Source: an uncultured Lachnospiraceae bacterium
GTDB lineage: Bacteria > Bacillota > Clostridia > TANB77 > CAG-508
Reading direction: 5' to 3'
Assembly: GCA_964497325.1 (NCBI GenBank)
Contig: CAZCCM010000003.1
Coordinates: forward strand, 2,259 to 37,974
Length of the DNA: 35,716 bases
The notes under the pieces were generated by a model. The model was not told where the DNA came from and made no database searches. It was given only the letters and a program-made list of their open reading frames with translations. A program made the position numbers and the translations under genes. This document shows, in pieces, positions 1-7,993 of this stretch; positions within the stretch are counted from its first letter, which is position 1; every line of letters starts with the position of its first letter.

Positions 1-30
1 AAAAAGTGAATAAAAAAGAAGGAGGGTATT

Positions 31-1407
31 ATGAAAATATTAGAATTAATGAATAACCATGAAAATTATCTAAATAAAGATGTAGAAGTTCAGGGTTGGA
101 TAAGAAATTTAAGAGCAAGCAAAAATGTTGCTTTCATTGAATTAAATGATGGTACAACTTTTAATGATGTACAAGTGGTTATGAGTCCTAATTTAAATAA
201 TTTTGATGAAATTTCAAAATTGGGATTATATTCATCAATAAAGGTGGAAGGAACTGTAGTATTAAATAATAATCAAGGTTTTGAAATTCAAGCAACTAAA
301 ATTATTGTTTTAGGTATTTCTGATAAGAATTATCCTCTACAGAAAAAACAACATAGTTTTGAATTTTTAAGAACTATAGCTCATTTGAGACCGAGGACAA
401 AAACATTTAGAGCAGTTTTTAAAATTAGATCTTTATCTGCAATGGCAATACATGAATATTTTCAAAAAGAAGGATACATATATATAAATACACCAATTCT
501 TACAAGTTCAGATGCTGAAGGTGCAGGCGAAATGTTTTCAGTTACATCAATGGACATGGATAATTTACCAAAGTCAAAAGATGGAAGTGTTGATATGGCA
601 AAAGACTTTTTTGGCAAACCAGTTCATTTAACTGTTTCAGGGCAGTTAAACGTTGAAGCTTTTGCTCATGCTTTTGGAGAGGTATATACTTTTGGTCCTA
701 CATTTAGAGCAGAAAATTCAAATACAGTTAAACATGCAGCAGAATTTTGGATGGTAGAACCAGAAATTGCTTTTGCAGATATTAATGATTTAATGAATAT
801 TGCTGAAGATATGACAAAATATGTTGTAAAGAAAGTAATTGAAGACGCAAAAGTTGAATTAGATTTTTGTGAAAAATATATTGAAAAAGGGTTGATAGAT
901 AAATTAATTAATGTTAGAGATTCTGATTTTGCTAGAGTTACATATACAGAAGCAATTGAATTGTTAAAGAAAAGTGGACATAAATTTAATGAAAGACCAG
1001 AGTGGGGATTAGATTTAGGAACAGAACATGAAAGATATTTATCAGAAAAAATTTTTAAAAAACCTGTTTTTGTAATTGATTATCCAAAAGATATAAAGGC
1101 ATTTTATATGAAAAGAAATACTGATGGAAAAACTGTTGCTGCAATGGACTTACTTGTTCCAGGTATTGGTGAATTAATGGGTGGAAGTCAAAGAGAAGAA
1201 AACTATGATACATTACTAAAAATAATTGAAGACAATGGTTTAGACTTATCAGAATATGAATGGTATTTAGATTTTAGAAAATATGGAACAGTTGTACACT
1301 CAGGTTTTGGTTTAGGATTTGAAAGATTAATAATGTATTTAACAGGAATGGAAAATATTAGAGATGTTATTCCATATCCTAGAACTCCAAATAACTGTGA
1401 GTTTTAA
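31..1407 (+). CDS. asnS: Asparagine--tRNA ligase (AsnRS, class II)
   Basis: 458-aa ORF with a GGAGG Shine-Dalgarno (SD) upstream. N-terminal OB-fold-like region. Class II motifs include [22 protein letters not shown] and GFGLGFERL, typical of AsnRS. Confidence 0.95.
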   Translation: MKILELMNNHENYLNKDVEVQGWIRNLRASKNVAFIELNDGTTFNDVQVVMSPNLNNFDEISKLGLYSSIKVEGTVVLNNNQGFEIQATKIIVLGISDKNYPLQKKQHSFEFLRTIAHLRPRTKTFRAVFKIRSLSAMAIHEYFQKEGYIYINTPILTSSDAEGAGEMFSVTSMDMDNLPKSKDGSVDMAKDFFGKPVHLTVSGQLNVEAFAHAFGEVYTFGPTFRAENSNTVKHAAEFWMVEPEIAFADINDLMNIAEDMTKYVVKKVIEDAKVELDFCEKYIEKGLIDKLINVRDSDFARVTYTEAIELLKKSGHKFNERPEWGLDLGTEHERYLSEKIFKKPVFVIDYPKDIKAFYMKRNTDGKTVAAMDLLVPGIGELMGGSQREENYDTLLKIIEDNGLDLSEYEWYLDFRKYGTVVHSGFGLGFERLIMYLTGMENIRDVIPYPRTPNNCEF

Positions 1408-1445
1408 AATATTTTAAATATAGGAATATTTAAAAAAAGAACAAT

Positions 1446-1470
1446 AAAAAAGACTAGAAAACTAGTCTTT
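1446..1470. terminator. Hairpin terminator, mainly for the minus-strand tRNA, possibly bidirectional for asnS
   Basis: Stem AGACTAG / CTAGTCT (1451-1457 / 1462-1468) with a 4-nt loop. On the minus strand it directly follows the tRNA CCA end and is followed by TTTTTTATT. On the plus strand only TTT follows. Confidence 0.6.
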
Positions 1471-1546
1471 GGTGACGAAGGTGTGATTCGAACACACGAC
1501 CGTACGGGTATGAACCGTATGCTCTAGCCAACTGAGCTACTTCGCC
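1470..1546 (-). tRNA. tRNA-Met (anticodon CAU), elongator-like; a lysidine-modified tRNA-Ile2 cannot be fully excluded
   Basis: The reverse complement reads GGCGAAGTAGCTCAGTTGGCTAGAGCATACGGTTCATACCCGTACGGTCGTGTGTTCGAATCACACCTTCGTCACCA. It is 77 nt and folds by hand into a full cloverleaf with a 7-bp acceptor stem (one G-U), GTTCGAATC T-loop, anticodon loop TTCATAC and encoded CCA. G1-C72 is paired and the anticodon stem has no GGG/CCC, so it is not an initiator. Confidence 0.9.
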
Positions 1547-1557
1547 ATACAAATAAT

Positions 1558-1586
1558 ATTATAAGAGAAAGGTTGAAAAAAGTCAA
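1558..1586 (-). promoter_or_regulatory. Near-consensus sigma-A-type promoter for the tRNA-Met gene
   Basis: Minus strand reads TTGACT (1586-1581), 17 nt, TATAAT (1563-1558). The -10 ends 11 nt upstream of the mature tRNA 5' end. Confidence 0.55.
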
Positions 1587-2127
1587 GATGGAGAAGGCGT
1601 TAATCGAAGCTACCTTATTTTTGTCAGGAGACCCAATAGATATTGATTCATTGTCTCATATTATAAATAAGAATAAAAAAGAAACAAAAAACATTATAGA
1701 TGAGATGATAGAAGAGCGAAAAAATAAAAATTTTGGGTTAGAAATTGTACAAATACAGGATAAATATCAAGTAGTTATTAAAGATGAATTATATGATATA
1801 TTGTCTCAATTTTTTGATACCAGAAGACCCTACTCTTTATCTAATGCAGCAATGGAAGCTTTATCAATTATTGCATATAATGAAAATATAACTAGAGCTC
1901 AGATTGATGCGATTAGAGGAGTTAATTCAGATGGAGTAGTAACAAGACTATTGGATTATGAATTAATTGAAGAATCAGGCAAAACAAAAAAGCCGGGAAA
2001 GCCTATGGGATATGTTGTTACAGATAAGTTTTATTTGACATTCGGTATTTCTTCTAAAAAAGAATTGCCAAAATTGCCAGGAATAGATTTAGAAAATTTA
2101 AAACTTGATAAAAACGTTGAAAATTAA
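1573..2127 (+). CDS. scpB: Segregation and condensation protein B (ScpB)
   Basis: The N-terminus IEATLFLSGDPIDIDSL and two winged-helix-like halves (ALSIIAYNENITRAQIDAIRGV) are typical of ScpB. The start is uncertain: TTG 1573 as in the track, or ATG 1588 giving MEKALIEATLF. Confidence 0.85.
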   Translation: MKKVKMEKALIEATLFLSGDPIDIDSLSHIINKNKKETKNIIDEMIEERKNKNFGLEIVQIQDKYQVVIKDELYDILSQFFDTRRPYSLSNAAMEALSIIAYNENITRAQIDAIRGVNSDGVVTRLLDYELIEESGKTKKPGKPMGYVVTDKFYLTFGISSKKELPKLPGIDLENLKLDKNVEN

Positions 2128-2144
2128 GTAAAAAATTAAAATTT

Positions 2145-2175
2145 AAGAGAGATTAATTATTAATCTCTCTTTTTT
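2145..2175 (+). terminator. Rho-independent terminator after scpB
   Basis: 11-12 bp perfect stem AAGAGAGATTAA / TTAATCTCTCTT with a 3-nt loop, followed by a T-run (2172-2175). Confidence 0.7.
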
Positions 2176-2196
2176 AGATATATCTTGATTTTTTCT

Positions 2197-2224
2197 TGAA
2201 AAAAGAATTCAAACAATATATAAT
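2197..2224 (+). promoter_or_regulatory. Putative sigma-A promoter of the 2259-6831 cassette
   Basis: TTGAAA (2197-2202), 16 nt, TATAAT (2219-2224), about 35 nt upstream of the SD (AGGAGA) and ATG at 2259. Confidence 0.5.
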
Positions 2225-2258
2225 CAATGTAGTAATAGAATGTTAGGAGATAAGAGAG

Positions 2259-2621
2259 ATGAGTGAAACTGTAAATCTTGAAGATAGACAAGCCTATGCA
2301 GAAGTAGACTTTATAATACATAACATGAATGAAAAGTATATAAACATGTTGCCTAAAAAGATGTTAGACTTTTTTAAAGAAGTCAAAGATCCTAATTATG
2401 AAGTTCAAATAGATGTTAAAAGACCACTTTATGATCAATCTTTAAAGGATTATACTTTTGATTTACTTAACATTTTAAATTTGAATTATTGGTGTGAAGA
2501 CGAAGAAAGAAAAAAAGAAATTTTAAATATGTTATCAACATCATCTGCAGAGCCAAAGTTTGAAGAACAAATGAAAAGTAATCTATTTACAGAGATTAAA
2601 GAAGAAAATAATAAAAAATAG
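2259..2621 (+). CDS. Hypothetical small acidic cytosolic protein (120 aa)
   Basis: ORF with an AGGAGA SD. No TM segment and no motif I can name. First gene after the predicted promoter. Confidence 0.6.
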   Translation: MSETVNLEDRQAYAEVDFIIHNMNEKYINMLPKKMLDFFKEVKDPNYEVQIDVKRPLYDQSLKDYTFDLLNILNLNYWCEDEERKKEILNMLSTSSAEPKFEEQMKSNLFTEIKEENNKK

Positions 2622-2630
2622 GAAGTAATT

Positions 2631-3182
2631 ATGGGTATAAGTAAAAAACAAAAATTTACAGTGCTAATTACATTTGTATTTGTTTGTTTAATTTCAATTA
2701 ATGTTTTTGCCAGTCAACAACAAAATCATATGTATAATAGTCAAACAACAAATAAATCAATAATACAATCAGGAACTGAAATGGTTCAATCTAATCCACA
2801 AACAGACAATTCTATAATAGTAAATGAGCAAGAAGAAACTAAAATTGAAGGAGATGAGGCTCTTCCTGTTAAGCAAAAAACAGAACTACTTAAAATGAAA
2901 GACGAGTCTAGAGATCAATTATCAAAATATATAGTAAAATATAAAAACAATACAGTTTATGGAACTATAGCTTATATTTTAAATACGGTTAGATTAGTTG
3001 CTGTACCTTTTTTTATAGTTGGTTATTTAATTAGTATTGTTTATGAATTTATAGTAGGAATGAAAAGAAGAGAAATGGTTAGAAAAGGTAGAGGAATGAG
3101 AATTACATTGGTATCAGCTTTTGTTATGGCACAATTATTACCTTTAATTTTCGCAATTGTAATTAAGTTTTGGGGGAACTAA
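2631..3182 (+). CDS. Hypothetical secreted/membrane protein: signal peptide, Q/N/S-rich region, two C-terminal TM helices
   Basis: N-terminal FTVLITFVFVCLISINVFA followed by SQQQ fits a signal peptide. C-terminal hydrophobic segments are VRLVAVPFFIVGYLISIVYEFIV and ITLVSAFVMAQLLPLIFAIVIKFW. It starts 9 nt after the previous gene. Confidence 0.65.
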   Translation: MGISKKQKFTVLITFVFVCLISINVFASQQQNHMYNSQTTNKSIIQSGTEMVQSNPQTDNSIIVNEQEETKIEGDEALPVKQKTELLKMKDESRDQLSKYIVKYKNNTVYGTIAYILNTVRLVAVPFFIVGYLISIVYEFIVGMKRREMVRKGRGMRITLVSAFVMAQLLPLIFAIVIKFWGN

Positions 3183-3184
3183 AG

Positions 3185-5593
3185 ATGAAAGTTTTGTTTG
3201 CAGTTAATAATGAAAGCATATCAGAAACAATAATTAAAAAATATCAAAAAATATATGATGTATTGTTAGAATATAAGAATGTGTATTACTATAATGCAAT
3301 AGTAAAAGAAATTCAAAATGAAAGTAACTATGATATAATAGTTATTAGTGAAGATTTAGAAACAATATCTTCTAATGATAAAAGAAAAGTAGATGCTTTT
3401 ATTTTAGATAAATTAGAAAAAGTTATTGATGTATTTAAGGCAGTGGAAATAAATCCAATACCTATATTATTTATTTCAAATGAAAAAAGAACTATAAAAA
3501 ATGAAATTATTCCTAATATGTTTAATTTAGGAATATATAATGCTTTAGTAGAAAAAGATAGAACTATAACTAAAATATGTGAATTAATTAATTCACCAAG
3601 AAGTGAAGAGGAAGCAAGACAATATTATAATTTAAGAGGTAGTAACAAAGTTAGTATAGAAAAAGAAATTGTTAATCCAAAAGAAATTAATAATATTTTA
3701 AAACATTATAAAAAAATAATGGATATGCCTGATAGATTTAGTTCAAGTTTTGATAGAATTGCAGCACAATATGATGACTTACAATTAAAATATATTATAG
3801 ATAAACTACCTGAAGGAGTAACAGCTGTATTAATTAAAGAAAATCAAAAGTATAATGAAATTATAAATTTGAAAGAAGAAGATTTTGTGAAAGAACAACC
3901 TGTTGTTACAAATTCTTCTGCTCCTAAAAGCTCAGGTGTTATAGTCCCAACAGAAATAAGTAAAGGTAATGTTAAATCTCAAACAATAGATTCTCCGGCT
4001 ATAACTCCAAGAGTTGAAATTGAAGAAAAACCAATTATTGAGAATGTTAAAATACCTGAAGAAGTTAAAGAACAAAATTTAGAAAATACATTAGAAATTG
4101 AGATTGAAAAAGAACCAGAAAAAGAAATAATTAAAGATAATAAATTAGACTTGAATATTCCTTCAAAAACAGATGATTTAGAATTAAAAGAAGAAACAAA
4201 ACCTATTATAGAAGAAGATTCTAAGAGTAGTTCAAATGAAATTGTAATTGAAGGAACAGATGATTTAGATATATTCTTAGATACTGATTTTGATAATGAA
4301 AATGATGATTTTATTCCTATTTTTGGAGTTGAAGAGACAAGCGACTTATTAGAAAAAGAAAATACAGAAATTGTTAAAGAAACTAATTCTACTAAAAAAG
4401 AAGAATCTAAAGAAGCATCTAAAGTAGAACAAAGTACAGATTTAGAAATTAGTGAAGTTGATGATGATATAAATATATTCCCGGAGGACATTTCATTAGA
4501 TGGTATAGATTTTGATTCAATATCTGATAATGCAGTAGAAGAAATAATTCCTGAAGAAACAGTATTTGTTTCAGAGCCAAATGTAACTAAACAAACTATA
4601 GTAGAAGAAAAAAATAATGATGTTTTTGATGAAATACCAAAAAAAGAAAATGATAGATTAGTTCCACAAGGTAAGAAAAAACATATTATTCCTGATTTAT
4701 CAGCAGTTTTATCTAAAGATAAAAAGGTTGTTGTATTCGTTGGAACAAGTAAAAATGGTACTTCATTTTTGGTAAATTCTTTAGGAATGTTGTTTGCATC
4801 GATAGGAATTAATACAGCTATTTTAGATATGACTAAAAATAAAAATAGTTATTATTTATCAACTAAAAATGATGAAAGATTGAGACAAATTGCAATTGAA
4901 TCTACCTCAAGGCTTAAAGAAGGAGTAGCTATGGGTGTTGAAGTACTAAAAGGTTTATCTATATACACTTCATTACCTGGAGTTAAAGAAGAAGATTCTG
5001 ACACAGAGGTAATTCTTTCAACATTAGTTAAAAATTATTCATTAGTTTTAATAGATGCTGATTTTGATACAAATTTTGGATATTTTAGTGCAGCTCAGGA
5101 AATATATTTAGTTCAATCTTTAGATGTTCTTACAATTCAACCTTTAACTGCATTTTTAAAAGAGTTGTTAGATGCTAGAATATTAACAACAGAAAAAGTA
5201 AAAGTTGTTTTAAATAAAGAAGTAGCGGTAAGAGGATTAACTAGAAAAATATTAGTTGGAGGTATTTCAACATATAATGATCCAGGTATGTCTATTATGA
5301 CCAATCTTTTTGATAGAAATCAAGTACAAGTAGCATCAATACCTTTTGATCAAAATGTATATTCTAAGTATTTAGAAAATATTGTTGAATGTAAGTATGA
5401 TATTTCGGGATATCCTAAAAAGTTTGTTGAATCCTTAAAAATTTTAGCTAATATGGTTTATCCATTAATATCACGACAAAGAGATTCTAGTTTAAATGGC
5501 AATGTAACAATGCCTGGAATAAATAATTCTACAGCTCAACCTTTTACAAATGATATGACATCTACATTAGATCAAATGAGAAAAAATTTATAA
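3185..5593 (+). CDS. Receiver-like N-domain / long acidic linker / ParA-MinD-CpaE(TadZ)-like domain protein with degenerate Walker A
   Basis: I prefer ATG 3185 (GGGGGA SD 6-7 nt upstream) over the track start TTG 3170. N-terminus MKVLFAVNNE...YDIIVISEDLE...PILFISNEK looks CheY-like but without the acidic pocket or acceptor Asp (my by-eye alignment). The region around 3890-4680 is E/K/D/I-rich and low complexity. The C-terminus KKVVVFVGTSKNGTSFLVNSLG...SLVLIDADFD resembles the deviant-Walker-A ATPase fold. Confidence 0.7.
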   Translation: MKVLFAVNNESISETIIKKYQKIYDVLLEYKNVYYYNAIVKEIQNESNYDIIVISEDLETISSNDKRKVDAFILDKLEKVIDVFKAVEINPIPILFISNEKRTIKNEIIPNMFNLGIYNALVEKDRTITKICELINSPRSEEEARQYYNLRGSNKVSIEKEIVNPKEINNILKHYKKIMDMPDRFSSSFDRIAAQYDDLQLKYIIDKLPEGVTAVLIKENQKYNEIINLKEEDFVKEQPVVTNSSAPKSSGVIVPTEISKGNVKSQTIDSPAITPRVEIEEKPIIENVKIPEEVKEQNLENTLEIEIEKEPEKEIIKDNKLDLNIPSKTDDLELKEETKPIIEEDSKSSSNEIVIEGTDDLDIFLDTDFDNENDDFIPIFGVEETSDLLEKENTEIVKETNSTKKEESKEASKVEQSTDLEISEVDDDINIFPEDISLDGIDFDSISDNAVEEIIPEETVFVSEPNVTKQTIVEEKNNDVFDEIPKKENDRLVPQGKKKHIIPDLSAVLSKDKKVVVFVGTSKNGTSFLVNSLGMLFASIGINTAILDMTKNKNSYYLSTKNDERLRQIAIESTSRLKEGVAMGVEVLKGLSIYTSLPGVKEEDSDTEVILSTLVKNYSLVLIDADFDTNFGYFSAAQEIYLVQSLDVLTIQPLTAFLKELLDARILTTEKVKVVLNKEVAVRGLTRKILVGGISTYNDPGMSIMTNLFDRNQVQVASIPFDQNVYSKYLENIVECKYDISGYPKKFVESLKILANMVYPLISRQRDSSLNGNVTMPGINNSTAQPFTNDMTSTLDQMRKNL

Positions 5594-5616
5594 TTATATT
5601 TAAAATAGGAAGATAA

Positions 5617-6831
5617 ATGCCAGAATTAATTTTTATAATAATTTTAATAATAATAGTTTTACTTTTAATTTTATATAATTTATATGTAAAACGTAATTTT
5701 AAAACAGTTGAAAAATCACGTAAAAGATTAGATGATTTATCTGTATTAAATGAATTAGTAAAAATAACAGCAAGTTTAAAACCAGTAAATGATAAACTTG
5801 TAAATATTAATAATATTCTTATAGAAAAATTTAATATAGATTATTCTTCAATTATAATATTTGATGGTAAAAGATTTGTAGCAAAAGCTACAAATTTAGA
5901 TAAAAAGAATATAGCATCAATAGAAAAAGTATATTCACATCCAATTTTTGCAGATGCTATACAAACTAAAGAAGCAAAATATATAACTGTAGAAAATCCT
6001 ACAGATAATCTAGAATATTTAACAGAAGAAAAAGAGAGAGTAAAAACAGCCATATTTTATCCCTTGTATATTGATTCTGTTTTTGTAGGATTTTGGCTTA
6101 TTGAATCTAAAAGAATACAGGCTTTTAAAGATTTAGACATGCAAATTATGGTTGAAATTAAATCTAGGCTTCTAGATATTGTAAGAACAATGTCTTTTCA
6201 ATCTTCAATGGAAAATATGGTAAAACAAGATTTATTTTCTTCACTTAAAACTTATGAATACTTACTAACTGAAGGTAAATTAAAGTTAGAAAAATATGAT
6301 GAATCTACAATAATAATGTATAGAATTTCAAATTTAGAACAAATTAATGAAGAATTTTCAAGACAAGCTGGTAATATGACAATAACTAATGTAACAGAGG
6401 CAGTTAATAGGGTATTACATGAGACTAAACAAAATAATATTTTTGTTAGGTACTCTGGTCCAAGATTTGCAATTGCTTTTCCTGGAATAATACCAGAAAA
6501 TTTAAATGTAATGGAATCAATAAAAAAGGCTGTTGAATCAACCTACATAATGCAGTCTGAGGCTGAGCAAGCAAGGATTGATGAAATTGAAGATATAGAT
6601 ATTTTAACAGAAGAAACGGTAGAAGATAAAACTTCTAAATCTAAAAAAACATCAAAAGAAAAAGATAAATCAAAAGAAAAAAATGAAAAAGAAGAAAATA
6701 AAAAGATTGTTCCAAAGTTAAATATAGTTGCTGCTAAATATTACAGAGGTGTTGGATTAGAAATATTAACAAAAGAATTAGAAGATTTTCTAGAAGAATT
6801 AGAAGAAGAATCTTCTATAACTATATTATAA
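5617..6831 (+). CDS. Membrane-anchored GAF-like / degenerate GGDEF-like protein (GGDEF motif replaced by SGPRF)
   Basis: N-terminal TM helix LIFIIILIIIVLLLILYNLYV. The middle region looks GAF-like (FYPLYIDSVFVGFWLIES). The C-terminal region aligns by eye to GGDEF domains (IIMYRISNLEQINEEFSRQAGNMTITNV...FVRYSGPRFAIAFPG) and carries a K/E-rich insertion. Confidence 0.65.
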   Translation: MPELIFIIILIIIVLLLILYNLYVKRNFKTVEKSRKRLDDLSVLNELVKITASLKPVNDKLVNINNILIEKFNIDYSSIIIFDGKRFVAKATNLDKKNIASIEKVYSHPIFADAIQTKEAKYITVENPTDNLEYLTEEKERVKTAIFYPLYIDSVFVGFWLIESKRIQAFKDLDMQIMVEIKSRLLDIVRTMSFQSSMENMVKQDLFSSLKTYEYLLTEGKLKLEKYDESTIIMYRISNLEQINEEFSRQAGNMTITNVTEAVNRVLHETKQNNIFVRYSGPRFAIAFPGIIPENLNVMESIKKAVESTYIMQSEAEQARIDEIEDIDILTEETVEDKTSKSKKTSKEKDKSKEKNEKEENKKIVPKLNIVAAKYYRGVGLEILTKELEDFLEELEEESSITIL

Positions 6832-6855
6832 ATTTGAATAAGCAAGGAGGATAAA

Positions 6856-7107
6856 ATGGTTTCAGATAAAACAATGAAATATGACGGGCTTGAAGCAAAT
6901 GCTGAGTCAAATAAAAAAATTTTAAAAGAAGTATATGCAGCTTTGGTTGAAAAAGGATATAATCCTATTAATCAAATTGTAGGATATATTTTATCAGGAG
7001 ATCCTACATATATTACAAATCATAAAGATGCAAGAGCTTTAATAAGCAAAATAGAAAAAGATGAGTTATTACAAGAATTAATAATTTCATATTTAGGTTT
7101 AGAATAG
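6856..7107 (+). CDS. ireB: IreB family regulatory phosphoprotein (UPF0297, YrzL-like)
   Basis: 83 aa. [35 protein letters not shown] is the family hallmark. AAGGAGG SD. Conserved neighbour of ruvX. Confidence 0.85.
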   Translation: MVSDKTMKYDGLEANAESNKKILKEVYAALVEKGYNPINQIVGYILSGDPTYITNHKDARALISKIEKDELLQELIISYLGLE

Positions 7108-7108
7108 T

Positions 7109-7534
7109 ATGAGAATATTGGGCATAGATTATGGAGATAGAAGAGTAGGTTTTGCAATTACTGATCCACTTAATATTACAGTTCAAGGCTTATACACTCT
7201 TGATTACAATGGTAATGATAAACATATTCTTAGAGAGTTAGATAAAATTTTAGAAGAATATGAAATAGATAAAATTGTAGTAGGAATGCCATATAATATG
7301 GATGGAACTAAAGGTTTTAGAGTTGAAAAAACAGAAGCTTTTATCCATAAGTTAAGATGTAAGTATAATAAAATTAAAATAGAAACAGCAGATGAAAGGC
7401 TTACAACAGTTATGGCCAATAAAACGATGAATTTTTTAGAAATTAAAAGTTCAAAGAAAAAAGGAATTGTAGATACATTATCAGCTGTATACATATTAGA
7501 AGATTATTTGAAAAAAATTAGCCCCCAGGACTAA
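7109..7534 (+). CDS. ruvX: Putative pre-16S rRNA nuclease / Holliday junction resolvase-like RuvX (YqgF)
   Basis: MRILGIDYGDRRVGFAITDP at the N-terminus and DERLTT near the C-terminus are typical of the YqgF family. Confidence 0.9.
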   Translation: MRILGIDYGDRRVGFAITDPLNITVQGLYTLDYNGNDKHILRELDKILEEYEIDKIVVGMPYNMDGTKGFRVEKTEAFIHKLRCKYNKIKIETADERLTTVMANKTMNFLEIKSSKKKGIVDTLSAVYILEDYLKKISPQD

Positions 7535-7615
7535 TAAAAAGAAAATAAGGTATATGGTTGAAAAAATAATATATATAAGTTAATATAAAAATAGAAATGC
7601 GAAAGGAGAAAAAAT

Positions 7616-7936
7616 ATGAGTGATGATAAAGAAATAAAGCAAGATGAAGAATCTATGGAAGAGGATAGTGTATATCAAATCTTTGTTGATGAAGATAATA
7701 ATGAAATACCTTTTGAAATTTTAGATTTTTTTGAATATGAAAATGCAGAATATGTTGTATTGATGCCTTTAGAAGAAGAGGAATCAGAAGAAGAAACAGA
7801 AGTTGTTATTTTTAAATTAGAAAAATCAAGTGAAGAAGAAGAAACATATACTGTGGTTGATGATGAATCAGTATTAGAAGCAGTTTTTGAAATGTTTAAG
7901 GAAAGAAATAATGACATATATAACTTTTCAGACTAA
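7616..7936 (+). CDS. DUF1292 family protein (YrzB-like)
   Basis: Acidic 106-aa protein with FEILDFFEYENAEYVVLMP. Sits in the conserved ireB-ruvX-DUF1292 order. Confidence 0.8.
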   Translation: MSDDKEIKQDEESMEEDSVYQIFVDEDNNEIPFEILDFFEYENAEYVVLMPLEEEESEEETEVVIFKLEKSSEEEETYTVVDDESVLEAVFEMFKERNNDIYNFSD

Positions 7937-7957
7937 AAGATAATATGAAAAATAATG

Positions 7958-7984
7958 GGGGAGTTTAAGCTCTCCTTTTGTTTT
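7958..7984 (+). terminator. Putative rho-independent terminator after the DUF1292 gene
   Basis: Stem GGGGAG (7958-7963) / CTCTCC (7970-7975) with one G-U pair and a 6-nt loop, followed by TTTTGTTTT. Confidence 0.5.
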
Positions 7985-7993
7985 GGAGGAAAA

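Noticed and set aside
3170-3184. TTG start at 3170 for the ParA-like gene
   Set aside because: ATG 3185 has a well-spaced GGGGGA SD that lies within these 15 nt. The TTG start would overlap the upstream gene and has no SD of its own.
3979-4491. 170-aa minus-strand ORF inside the ParA-like gene
   Set aside because: It is the mirror image of the Glu/Lys-rich linker and translates to Ser/Phe/Leu/Ile-rich low complexity (SSS, FSF). It has no SD and is fully embedded antisense in a much longer, better supported + strand gene.
7955-7993. N-terminal extension (MGEFKLSFCFGGK) of the 7955-8461 ORF
   Set aside because: This stretch forms the terminator hairpin and T-run after the DUF1292 gene. It also contains the GGAGGA SD for the ATG at 7994, so 7994 is the more plausible start.
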